The notes beneath the pieces are model-generated. The model did no database searches and was not told the DNA's origin. It worked only from the letters and a program-made list of their open reading frames with translations. Below are positions 29,920-38,139 of a stretch of 64,000 nt of DNA, in pieces. The first letter of the stretch is position 1; the number at the start of each line of letters is the position of its first letter. The stretch is from an uncultured Alphaproteobacteria bacterium (GTDB lineage Bacteria > Pseudomonadota > Alphaproteobacteria > Rs-D84): NCBI GenBank assembly GCA_944389185.1, contig CALXLL010000001.1, positions 93,014 through 157,013 on the forward strand. The letters run 5' to 3'. The position numbers were made by a program, and so were the translations under genes.

Positions 29920-30156
29920 CTATACCTTTTTTTCTTCTTCTATATTGGCCAAAGAAAATAGAACCGAAGATATTAAAGATTGATAAGGAACATGCTGTTG
30001 TTCTGCCAGCTTTTTAATACTGTCCAGAATAGGGCGTGGTATTCGCATATTTATAACGCAATCTGATTTATTGAAAGCCCTGTAAGCGGCGTATTCTTTT
30101 AATAAAGATTCTATGTTCATAACGAACAGTTGTTGCATAACGTTTGGCATATACAC
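29920..30156 (-). CDS. ribbon-helix-helix DNA-binding protein, BrnA/CopG-antitoxin-like
   Basis: C-terminal INMRIPRPILDSIKKLAEQQHVPYQSLISSVL fits an RHH strand plus helix, with the g.gYQt.IN-type motif of BrnA-like antitoxins; 78 aa. Confidence 0.4.
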   Translation of the reverse strand: MYMPNVMQQLFVMNIESLLKEYAAYRAFNKSDCVINMRIPRPILDSIKKLAEQQHVPYQSLISSVLFSLANIEEEKKV

Positions 30157-30208
30157 AATCTCCTATACAGACTGCAATACTTGCGTCTTTACAATTGACT
30201 ATATCATC

Positions 30209-30228
30209 GTATTGACACTTGTCAATAC
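30209..30228. promoter_or_regulatory. inverted repeat GTATTGACA-ct-TGTCAATAC (candidate operator) in the divergent RHH/tolB promoter region
   Basis: 9-bp perfect arms; an extra ATTGAC copy at 30194..30199; direct repeat TTGTGTTTA at 30231 and 30243. Confidence 0.35.
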
Positions 30229-30389
30229 ATTTGTGTTTATGCTTGTGTTTACCTTTGTAAAGACCGGTGTGTAGAATGGTGTATTGTCTGCTCTTTTGTA
30301 TGGTGTGCTTTTGGGTTTTTATGTCGGCATACCTTGATTTTTGTGAATAATATTTATAAAATGTCTTGGTATTTTGGAAAGGATTTATC

Positions 30390-31709
30390 ATGATGAAAAA
30401 GATGTTATCGTTTGTTTTTGCTGTTATGTGTTTTGTCGTGACAGCGCATGCAGAACTAAAAGTTGATATTATAGCGGGGGCAGCAGAACCTATACCCGTT
30501 GCTATCCAAAAACTGGAAACGGTTGGTAATGTATCTTCTGATGATGCCAAAATGATACGTGAAGTCGTTGAAAATGATTTAAAATCGTCGGGATTGTTTC
30601 GTATAGTTTCTCATGACGCTTTTCCAGAATTCGTAGAAATGGGCGAAATGCCTAACTTTAAATTATGGTCTGCAATAAAAACTCAGGTGCTGGTGCAAGC
30701 AAAGTTATCTGCTGAATCTGGCGGTAAATATGATCTTGAATTTTACGTATGGGACGTTAACGGTAAAGAACAAATAGAAGCTCAAAGTCTTGTTTCGTCT
30801 AAAAAATCTGTCAGAAGATTGGCGCATATTATGGCAGACGCTATTTTTGAAAGGTTAACAGGCGAAACGGGTTATTTTGATACTCAGATAGTTTTCATCG
30901 CAGAAACAGGACCTGTTCATAATAGAAACAAGCGTATGGCTATTATGGATCAAGATGGTTTCGGTATGCGGTATTTGTCAGATGATAAGACTTTCGTTAT
31001 GTCACCACATTTTTCACCGAATATGCAGACTATCGTTTTCTTATCGTTTAGAAATGATGATCCTATGGTGTGGACTCTGGATTTAAATACGGGCGAGCAA
31101 AGAAGATTAGGTCAATTCGGCGGTATGAACTTTGCACCAAGATTTTCACCTGATGGAACAAAAATTGCTTTGTCTTTGGTTAAAAACGGTATTACTCATA
31201 TATATGAATATGATATAGAATCTAAAACGTTAAAGCAGTTGACTTTCGGCCGTTCATTAAATACCAGTCCTTCTTATTCACCTGACGGTAAAAAACTTGC
31301 CTTTAATTCTGATAGGTCAGGTAATCAGCAGATTCATATATTAGATTTAGAAACAGGTAAGGAAAAAAGAATTACTTATGGGGCAGGGCGTTATGCTACG
31401 CCTGCATGGTCACCAGACGGAAAGTTCATAGCTTTTACTAAAATGGCAGACGATACTTTTTATATTGGTATTATGAATCCAGAAGGTCGTAATGAAAAAA
31501 TCTTGGCAGGAGGATGGTATATGGAAGCTCCATCTTGGGCACCTGGTTCCAGACGCGTCGTTTATTATGAAACAGAAAAAGCCTTGGACGATATAGAAAG
31601 AATAAGCCATATCAGGACCGTTGATATAACAGGTCAAAACGTTTACGACATTGAATTGCCAGACGGTATAAACGGGGTTGAACCAACGTGGTCCCCAAGA
31701 CTGCCTTAA
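30390..31709 (+). CDS. tolB: Tol-Pal system periplasmic protein TolB
   Basis: Signal peptide; repeated SPDG(K/T)..A(F/L) beta-propeller blades. Start taken at MMKKMLSF. Confidence 0.85.
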   Translation: MMKKMLSFVFAVMCFVVTAHAELKVDIIAGAAEPIPVAIQKLETVGNVSSDDAKMIREVVENDLKSSGLFRIVSHDAFPEFVEMGEMPNFKLWSAIKTQVLVQAKLSAESGGKYDLEFYVWDVNGKEQIEAQSLVSSKKSVRRLAHIMADAIFERLTGETGYFDTQIVFIAETGPVHNRNKRMAIMDQDGFGMRYLSDDKTFVMSPHFSPNMQTIVFLSFRNDDPMVWTLDLNTGEQRRLGQFGGMNFAPRFSPDGTKIALSLVKNGITHIYEYDIESKTLKQLTFGRSLNTSPSYSPDGKKLAFNSDRSGNQQIHILDLETGKEKRITYGAGRYATPAWSPDGKFIAFTKMADDTFYIGIMNPEGRNEKILAGGWYMEAPSWAPGSRRVVYYETEKALDDIERISHIRTVDITGQNVYDIELPDGINGVEPTWSPRLP

Positions 31710-31710
31710 T

Positions 31711-32124
31711 ATGAAAAGTTGTGGTTTAGCTTTTGTTTTATGCTTTTGTTTTTCAACTGCGGTTTTTGCGTATCCCGCAGTTGTTGATTACATTTTTGAC
31801 GGTGATACTTTTGCAGCATATGTTATGCTTGATGAAGATATAAAAGTGGCCGCCAGAATCAGAATAATAAATGTTGATACACCAGAAATACATGGTGATT
31901 GTGAATATGAAATAAATATGGCAAATAAAGCAAAAGAAAGACTTGCTGAGTTATTGCCTGTCGGTTCGGTTGTAGAATTGAAAGAAATAAAAGATGATAA
32001 ATACCTTGGCAGAATAGACGCCAGAGTTTTTACTGGCGATAATAAAGATGTTGGTAAAATCTTAATAGAAGAAAAGCTTGGCAGAGAATATAGCGGTGGA
32101 AAAAGATTGCCTTGGTGTAAATAA
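31711..32124 (+). CDS. secreted thermonuclease (SNase-like)
   Basis: Signal peptide MKSCGLAFVLCFCFSTAVFA; SNase motif RIRIINVDTPE; ~137 aa. Start taken inside the ORF-track ORF. Confidence 0.6.
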   Translation: MKSCGLAFVLCFCFSTAVFAYPAVVDYIFDGDTFAAYVMLDEDIKVAARIRIINVDTPEIHGDCEYEINMANKAKERLAELLPVGSVVELKEIKDDKYLGRIDARVFTGDNKDVGKILIEEKLGREYSGGKRLPWCK

Positions 32125-32126
32125 AA

Positions 32127-32152
32127 AGACCGAAGTTTTTCGGCCTTTTTTA
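32127..32152. terminator. bidirectional terminator (thermonuclease gene / plsC convergent)
   Basis: gaccgaa-gttt-ttcggcc hairpin (one mismatch) followed by a T-run. Confidence 0.4.
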
Positions 32153-32155
32153 TTT

Positions 32156-32863
32156 TTAAGCGCTGTGGCGATTTATTGCTTCGGATATTTCTTCCATAGA
32201 TGCGTTACAAGGTAATAATGGCTCTATATACACATTTGCAGTTCCGCTTTTCATTTTACCTTTTTTGGGCCAATACAGTCCTGTATCTGTGCCAACAGGT
32301 AAAATAGGAAGCTTTAAATGGCTGGCTAGGAACATCAGACCTCGTTTAATTGGGATTCTGTGACCTGGTTTTGCGCGGGTCCCTTCTGGAAATATTATCA
32401 AGGTTTGACCGTCTAAGATTTTTTGCTCTACTGCTTCAGTAAGTTTCTTCATATTAGTAGCACCTTTGGCACGATTTACAGGTAACAAACCATATCTACG
32501 AAAAGCCCAACCGTAAATCGGAAACCACATTATTTCACGCTTTACTATGAAAAAAGCATTAGGAACTATTTTTTCCAATATTGCTATTTCCAATATAGAC
32601 ATATGTTTTGCTGCAACTATTGCTTTCCCGTCCAGTCTTAGATTTCTGTTCTTTTTTACAGGTATACCGTTTTCTTCTGTCGGAGGAAAATGAACTTGAT
32701 ATTTTATGCCGACTATTACCCGGGCAAGCAACATTACGCCCCCAGCGCACGTATGAACCAGAAAATGATTCAGCCGTTTGGAAATTAAACCAATTAATAA
32801 TATCGGTGCCCATAAAACAAAATATATACCAAGTAATGTTTTAAAAGTTATCGTTTTTATCAT
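32156..32863 (-). CDS. plsC: 1-acyl-sn-glycerol-3-phosphate acyltransferase
   Basis: Acyltransferase blocks AAKHMSILE and IFPEGTR. Confidence 0.75.
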   Translation of the reverse strand: MIKTITFKTLLGIYFVLWAPILLIGLISKRLNHFLVHTCAGGVMLLARVIVGIKYQVHFPPTEENGIPVKKNRNLRLDGKAIVAAKHMSILEIAILEKIVPNAFFIVKREIMWFPIYGWAFRRYGLLPVNRAKGATNMKKLTEAVEQKILDGQTLIIFPEGTRAKPGHRIPIKRGLMFLASHLKLPILPVGTDTGLYWPKKGKMKSGTANVYIEPLLPCNASMEEISEAINRHSA

Positions 32864-33390
32864 AATTTTTCACCCCTTACGTGACCTTCTTTTATTCCAA
32901 ACATCGTAACGATGTATTTTATATACTCTATGGTCCATCTTTCAAGTCTTTTCGTAGTAGACATTCCATAAAGAGGAACAGGACAAGAAATTATATTTAC
33001 AGATGGAAGCTCTTGTTGAATTAAATATTTTGCACGATTTATATGATCTTCCGTTGTTATTATAACTATTCTGTCCAAGTTTTTATTCTTTACTATCTGG
33101 CGTATTGCCTTTGCGTTTTGATACGTAGATTTTGATTCTGATTCTATTTTTACTTTTTTGCTTGGATTATAAAAGCTTTCTGCACCTGCGCCTATTATAT
33201 ATATATTAAGGTTAGGGTATTTTTTTAATTGACGCATAGCAAAGGGGATTCTGCGATAATCACCCGTTAAGACGAATACAGAATCTTGGGAATGAATTAA
33301 AGAACAATCGTAAGAAACAGACGATTTAAATAGTAAACCGCCTAATACGAAACAGCTTGCAATCAATAAAGATGGCATAATTAATTTCAT
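32860..33390 (-). CDS. DUF218/YdcF/ElyC-family protein
   Basis: N-terminal anchor; VFVLTGDYRRIPFAMRQL...IYIIGAG pattern of the DUF218 family. Confidence 0.45.
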   Translation of the reverse strand: MKLIMPSLLIASCFVLGGLLFKSSVSYDCSLIHSQDSVFVLTGDYRRIPFAMRQLKKYPNLNIYIIGAGAESFYNPSKKVKIESESKSTYQNAKAIRQIVKNKNLDRIVIITTEDHINRAKYLIQQELPSVNIISCPVPLYGMSTTKRLERWTIEYIKYIVTMFGIKEGHVRGEKL

Positions 33391-34232
33391 TAACTATTTT
33401 TTAGAATGTTTAATGTTGTGCGCTTTGTTATCCAAATAGCGAAAATTATTATAACTATCGGTAATAAAAGTAAAAGAAACCAGCCAAAACCAGATATAGA
33501 AAGCATTGCCATTAAACCAACTCTGGCACTGTGGGCCGCAGAAAGTATTAACAGTAAAACAGGACATGCTACTATAAAACCAATACTTGTAGCAGTTATG
33601 CATATTTTTGCAACTATGATTTGCATCTGTCTTGCAACAAAAGAATCACTGGCACCGATTTGATTTAAAATTTCTAGCTCTCTTCTATGTAAAAGTGCAG
33701 TGTTTTTTGCTATGTAAGATATACATATACCTATCGCACCAAGAGTAAATATCAATACTAAACCAGATATCAAAATCATCTTCCAACCAGCAGACATAGA
33801 AGTTTTTAACGCGTTTGAATGCGTTAAAAATCTGGCTGCGTTACCGATTTCTTTTTCAACAGCTTCTAAATCTTCTTTAGTTTTAAACTTTACTTCATAC
33901 ATTTTAGGAAGATAATTTTTTAAAGCTGCATTACCATCTGATAACCATGGACGCATTAATTCTTCCATCTGTTGGGTTGTGATTTCCTTGTTTTCTTCTA
34001 TCTTATCGGCATTTGTGTTTAATATTTTTTTTACTTTTTCTGCATTGTCAGATTTCATAACTTGGACAGTTGCAAATAAATCCCATTGTTGGTTCCATTT
34101 TATAACGCCCGTGCCAATAGATAAGGATATCCCCAGTGCCAATACCGATAAGAAAGTTAATAAAGACATTATCGCAGTCATAAATAAAGACTGTTCATGA
34201 ACAAGTGAAAATACAATTGGGCGTCTTATCAT
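33390..34232 (-). CDS. ftsX: FtsX-like ABC transporter permease (4 TM; cell-division FtsX or Lol-type)
   Basis: 280 aa; TM1, a ~100-aa periplasmic loop, then 3 TMs; immediately downstream of an FtsE-like ATPase gene with 3-nt spacing. Confidence 0.5.
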   Translation of the reverse strand: MIRRPIVFSLVHEQSLFMTAIMSLLTFLSVLALGISLSIGTGVIKWNQQWDLFATVQVMKSDNAEKVKKILNTNADKIEENKEITTQQMEELMRPWLSDGNAALKNYLPKMYEVKFKTKEDLEAVEKEIGNAARFLTHSNALKTSMSAGWKMILISGLVLIFTLGAIGICISYIAKNTALLHRRELEILNQIGASDSFVARQMQIIVAKICITATSIGFIVACPVLLLILSAAHSARVGLMAMLSISGFGWFLLLLLPIVIIIFAIWITKRTTLNILKNS

Positions 34233-34237
34233 AATGT

Positions 34238-35029
34238 TTATGCTTTTCCTATTTCGTCAAATTGCTTGGATAATTCTGAAAAATAATTTTGAGGCTTAGG
34301 ACCTTTCCATGTTTTATGTGCTAATTCTGTAGTGTCTTTTTTTTCTTTGGCTTTACCTATAAAGCTTACTTTATGATTTTCTACATGAATTACAGGAAAC
34401 TTATAAGTATCCATTAATTTTTGACTGTGAGTCGCAAGAATTATTGTTGTTCCAAACATTTTATTCATCTGAATAAATAATTCCATTAATCTTGAAGCGT
34501 TTTCATCGTCAAGATTTCCCGTCGGTTCGTCGGCAAGTAAAATTGCAGGTTGAATTATAATAGCCCTTGCAACAGAAACGCGTTGCTGTTGTCCGCCACT
34601 TAAAGCCTTGGGGTTGCTGTCTGCGTATTTACCCAGTCCAACCCATTCAAGCGTCTTCGTCACAAGCTTTTTTATTTTTGCTTCTGGAAAACCGCGGACC
34701 CTTAATGGTAAAGCGATATTATCAAAAACTGTTAAATGCGATAGTAAAGAATATTCTTGAAAAACAATTGCCATTTTGTGGCGAAGATTTGTTATTTCGT
34801 CCCTGCTGATATCATTAGTTGTTTTACCGAAAAGCTTTATTTGACCGCGCGACGGTTTGTGTAATTGATATATTAATCTTAATAAAGTAGTTTTTCCTGC
34901 ACCAGATGCACCAGATAAAAAATAAAAAGAACCATTGCTGATATTAAAAGAAACGTCTGATAAAACTTCCTGAGAATTATCATATCTTGCGCCCACGTTT
35001 GCAAAAGATATAGCAGTATTATCTTCCAT
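34238..35029 (-). CDS. ftsE: FtsE-like ABC transporter ATP-binding protein
   Basis: Walker A GASGAGKTTLL, signature LSGGQQQRV, Walker B ILLADEPTGNLD. Confidence 0.6.
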   Translation of the reverse strand: MEDNTAISFANVGARYDNSQEVLSDVSFNISNGSFYFLSGASGAGKTTLLRLIYQLHKPSRGQIKLFGKTTNDISRDEITNLRHKMAIVFQEYSLLSHLTVFDNIALPLRVRGFPEAKIKKLVTKTLEWVGLGKYADSNPKALSGGQQQRVSVARAIIIQPAILLADEPTGNLDDENASRLMELFIQMNKMFGTTIILATHSQKLMDTYKFPVIHVENHKVSFIGKAKEKKDTTELAHKTWKGPKPQNYFSELSKQFDEIGKA

Positions 35030-35083
35030 GATTTTTATACTAGTAGATTTTTTTTAGTGGGTCAAGTTTTCGAAAAAAAATAA

Positions 35084-35117
35084 ATAAAAAAACTTGGCTT
35101 TTACGCCAAGTTTTTTA
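35084..35117 (-). terminator. rho-independent terminator downstream of pal (bidirectional in shape)
   Basis: aacttggc-ttttac-gccaagtt hairpin flanked by A- and T-runs. Confidence 0.45.
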
Positions 35118-35513
35118 TTCTGATATTTTTGTAGTAGAGTTTCTATTTTTTGCCCAAACTTCTTCACCTGTGCCAGGATATTGTGGGCGTTCTTTACCAT
35201 AAGAAATAGTCTTTATTCTTTCTGGTTCAATTCCTTCATTTATTAAAACATGAGCCGCATTACCAGCGCGTAAGGCACCTAATGCAAGGTTGTATTCTGT
35301 GGAACCGCGTTCGTCACAATGACCTTCAAGTATTACGTCTTGGTCGGAATTGACTTTCATGTATAAAGCCTGTTTTTCCAGATTTTCGCGTGATTCCGGT
35401 GTTATAACAGCTGAATCAAAAGCAAAGAATACTTTATCATCGTTTATGTCGCTTGGAACGCCAGAGCAAGCCGCCAAACCAACAGCGATAAATGCTAAAA
35501 TAACTTTATTCAT
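35115..35513 (-). CDS. pal: peptidoglycan-associated lipoprotein (OmpA-family C-terminal domain)
   Basis: Lipobox LAACSG; OmpA-like FDSAVITPES...LEGHCDERGSTEYNLALGALRA. Confidence 0.8.
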   Translation of the reverse strand: MNKVILAFIAVGLAACSGVPSDINDDKVFFAFDSAVITPESRENLEKQALYMKVNSDQDVILEGHCDERGSTEYNLALGALRAGNAAHVLINEGIEPERIKTISYGKERPQYPGTGEEVWAKNRNSTTKISE

Positions 35514-35654
35514 ATCTCTTTCCTTCGTTTTTATGATAGTATTAATCTAGCAGAAAAAAATAAATGTTGTCAATAGTGATTTTGTGTTTGGTATGCGATT
35601 CGTTTTGTGATATAATAAAAAAAACTAATAAATTAAGATAAAAAGGAAAGGATT

Positions 35655-36374
35655 ATGAAAAAGGTTTTATTAGCCGTTGTTTTTGGGTCTGTGTTTTTTT
35701 GCGCAAATTCTTGGGGGGCGGCAAGTTATTTACAAAGAGATGGCAATTGGGGTTATCAGGTTACTTATGATTATACAGATAAAGCAAAAACAGGTTGGTA
35801 TGTCGGTGGACGTGCAGAACTTAGTTTGTTAAATTGGACGAATAAATATGATACCGATTGGCCTGGTGCGGTCGGGGCTTTTGAAGAAGATAAGTATTCT
35901 TTTGAACCGGTTTTCGGTGGAAGTTTGTTTGCCGGTAAAAGATTTGCTTATTTTTGGCGTGCTGAATTAGAAGCTGGTTATCTGGGGTATTTTGAAGATA
36001 AAGATAATATAGCAGAGTTTTCTTTGTCTATTCCATATATGACGGCAAATATTTACTATGATTTTATAAATAATTTGTATGTTGGGGCAGGAGTCGGCGT
36101 TGCGTTGCCTATGACTACATTAGACGGTTCATTCTTTAAATATGAAAAGCGTCAGGATATTGCGGTTGCGCCTATGGTTGCTTTAATGTTGGGGTATTCT
36201 TACGAGTTGGATGATAATCTGGTATTAGATTTGCGCTATCGTCTGTCTGGTATGACTGGTATTACTCATAGAGTAGATATGGAAGAATATAGCGGAACAG
36301 TAAGATACTTTGAAAATAAAATAGATTTTATTTTGGATAATTCGTTTTCTATTGGTTTAAGGTATGAATTTTAA
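35655..36374 (+). CDS. outer-membrane beta-barrel protein (OmpW/OmpA-like)
   Basis: Signal peptide; alternating amphipathic strands; C-terminal GLRYEF with terminal Phe. Confidence 0.55.
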   Translation: MKKVLLAVVFGSVFFCANSWGAASYLQRDGNWGYQVTYDYTDKAKTGWYVGGRAELSLLNWTNKYDTDWPGAVGAFEEDKYSFEPVFGGSLFAGKRFAYFWRAELEAGYLGYFEDKDNIAEFSLSIPYMTANIYYDFINNLYVGAGVGVALPMTTLDGSFFKYEKRQDIAVAPMVALMLGYSYELDDNLVLDLRYRLSGMTGITHRVDMEEYSGTVRYFENKIDFILDNSFSIGLRYEF

Positions 36375-36395
36375 GAAAAAAGTTGATAACTGGTA

Positions 36396-36425
36396 TTGAC
36401 GCGATTCGGTAAAATATGATATTAT
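36396..36425 (+). promoter_or_regulatory. candidate sigma70 promoter for the tail-fibre-repeat gene array
   Basis: TTGACG-18-TATTAT, ~20 nt upstream of the ATG at 36446. Confidence 0.3.
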
Positions 36426-36445
36426 AAGAACGGCAGAGAGAAGAA

Positions 36446-38119
36446 ATGAAAAATAAATTAAAAATATCAATTTTAAGTCTTGTATGCGTGCTTGGCGTAG
36501 GTTTTGCAGATGCACAAGCGGCTTCTTCCGTAAGAACTTTGGGCGGGACAGGTACTTATGTAAGTGCGTCCAGTGCGGCAAATGCGGAAAGTGGTGGAAC
36601 GGTTGCTTCTATTGCTAGGGGCGGGTCCGTTCGTGTAAGCCCAACGACTTCTCAGACTACTACTTCAAGCTCTTCTGAATCAAGTTCCGGAACGCGCGTT
36701 GTTAATGTGCCTCGTTTATCTATTGGACAATATTTGGGTGGTGGAACTTCTGTAAGTGGTGGAAGCTCTTTAAGGCCTCAGACGCCCAGCACAGGTTCTT
36801 CTTCTGGTGGCGGAACAATAGATCCTGGGCTTACATCGGAATTGCAGCGTGATGTCGATCAATTAAAACGTGATTTTTCTGATTTGGCAGATAGTAACGA
36901 CAGAATAACAGAAGCTTTGAATGAAAAGCAAAATATTTTATTACCGGATTCGGAAGGTTTTATTGATATAGACCAAAATACAAATGAAATATATCTTAAT
37001 ATAGAACCTTTAAAAGAAGCAATTAGCGATATTGTCGGGCAGTCAGGGCGTGAAATAGAAATAGGGCACGACACCAACCAGTTACAATGGCACTATGTAG
37101 ATGACCCGAATTGGAATACTATAATTTCGTTCGCTGATTTGGCTGCTTATGGTAATTATGCGGTTAGTGATGATTTGGCTGATTTTGTTAAAGCAGATGA
37201 AATGGAAACTGCTATATCGCAAGCTATTACAAATGCTGCGACAAACTACGCTACTAAATCTGATTTAGATTTGAAAGCAGATAAAGCGGATTTAGATTTA
37301 AAAGCAAATGTGGCAGATGTTTATACAAAATCTGAAACCTTAAACAAGCAAGAAATAGCTGATGCTATTGCAGAAGCTGTGACAGACGGGACTGTAGATT
37401 TAACTGGTTATGCAAAGACAGATTATGTTGACGCTCAGCTTGGTTTAAAGGCAGACGCTGATGACGTTAGTGATTTGTCTGGTCGTGTTGATTTGGTAGA
37501 AAGTGGCGTTCAGGCATTGGGGGTAAGTGTTGGAACTGCCCAAGACACTGCCGAAGCCGCTAAAACAGAGGCAGATAAAGCAAATCAAGCCTTGACAACT
37601 AAAGCAGAACAAAGTGATTTGACAGCGCTTGAAACTAGGGTTGGGGCAAATGAAGCTTCTATTACAGGCTTGAATAATAAGATAGGTTCAGATGAATTAG
37701 AAACTACTTCCAAGCAGATAGTCGGGGCCATTAATGAAATAAAGCAGAAAGCAGATAGCTTGCCAAACGACGATAATTTTGAAGAAATGAATCAGAAAAT
37801 AACAAATATAGAATCAAAAGTAGATACCGCCGTTACAAGTATCGATAGTAAGGCTGATACTAGTTATGTTGATGAAGAATTAGCCAAAAAGGCAAACGAG
37901 GCCGATTTAGGTTTGTTGGCTAAGAAAAATCAGGTTGTAGATGCAGATATTGCAGATGGTGCCGAGATTTCCAAAGCAAAACTGTCTGCTGAAGTTCGTC
38001 AAAGTTTAGCTAATGCGGATTCGGCGGTCAATATGGAAGGTGCCGGTCCAAATATGGTCTTGGGGACAGACGAAAACGGCGACAAAGTCTGGTATGAAAT
38101 AGTAGATATTAAAGAGTAG
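36446..38119 (+). CDS. secreted repeat protein, paralog 1 of 4 (Ser/Thr/Gly-rich linker plus tail-fibre-like and coiled-coil repeats)
   Basis: Signal peptide; TTSQTTTSSSSESSSG low-complexity region; repeats KSDLDLKADKADLDLKANVADVYTKSE; same strand and family as the next three genes. Confidence 0.6.
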   Translation: MKNKLKISILSLVCVLGVGFADAQAASSVRTLGGTGTYVSASSAANAESGGTVASIARGGSVRVSPTTSQTTTSSSSESSSGTRVVNVPRLSIGQYLGGGTSVSGGSSLRPQTPSTGSSSGGGTIDPGLTSELQRDVDQLKRDFSDLADSNDRITEALNEKQNILLPDSEGFIDIDQNTNEIYLNIEPLKEAISDIVGQSGREIEIGHDTNQLQWHYVDDPNWNTIISFADLAAYGNYAVSDDLADFVKADEMETAISQAITNAATNYATKSDLDLKADKADLDLKANVADVYTKSETLNKQEIADAIAEAVTDGTVDLTGYAKTDYVDAQLGLKADADDVSDLSGRVDLVESGVQALGVSVGTAQDTAEAAKTEADKANQALTTKAEQSDLTALETRVGANEASITGLNNKIGSDELETTSKQIVGAINEIKQKADSLPNDDNFEEMNQKITNIESKVDTAVTSIDSKADTSYVDEELAKKANEADLGLLAKKNQVVDADIADGAEISKAKLSAEVRQSLANADSAVNMEGAGPNMVLGTDENGDKVWYEIVDIKE

Positions 38120-38139
38120 GGTTTTAAAAGGTGGCCTAA

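Noticed and set aside
30068-30550. 160-aa minus-strand ORF with a KHKHKHK low-complexity run, overlapping the RHH gene end, the divergent promoter region and the tolB start
   Set aside because: Low-complexity sequence; it spans an obvious regulatory region with a palindromic operator and overlaps two better-supported genes. It is most likely spurious.
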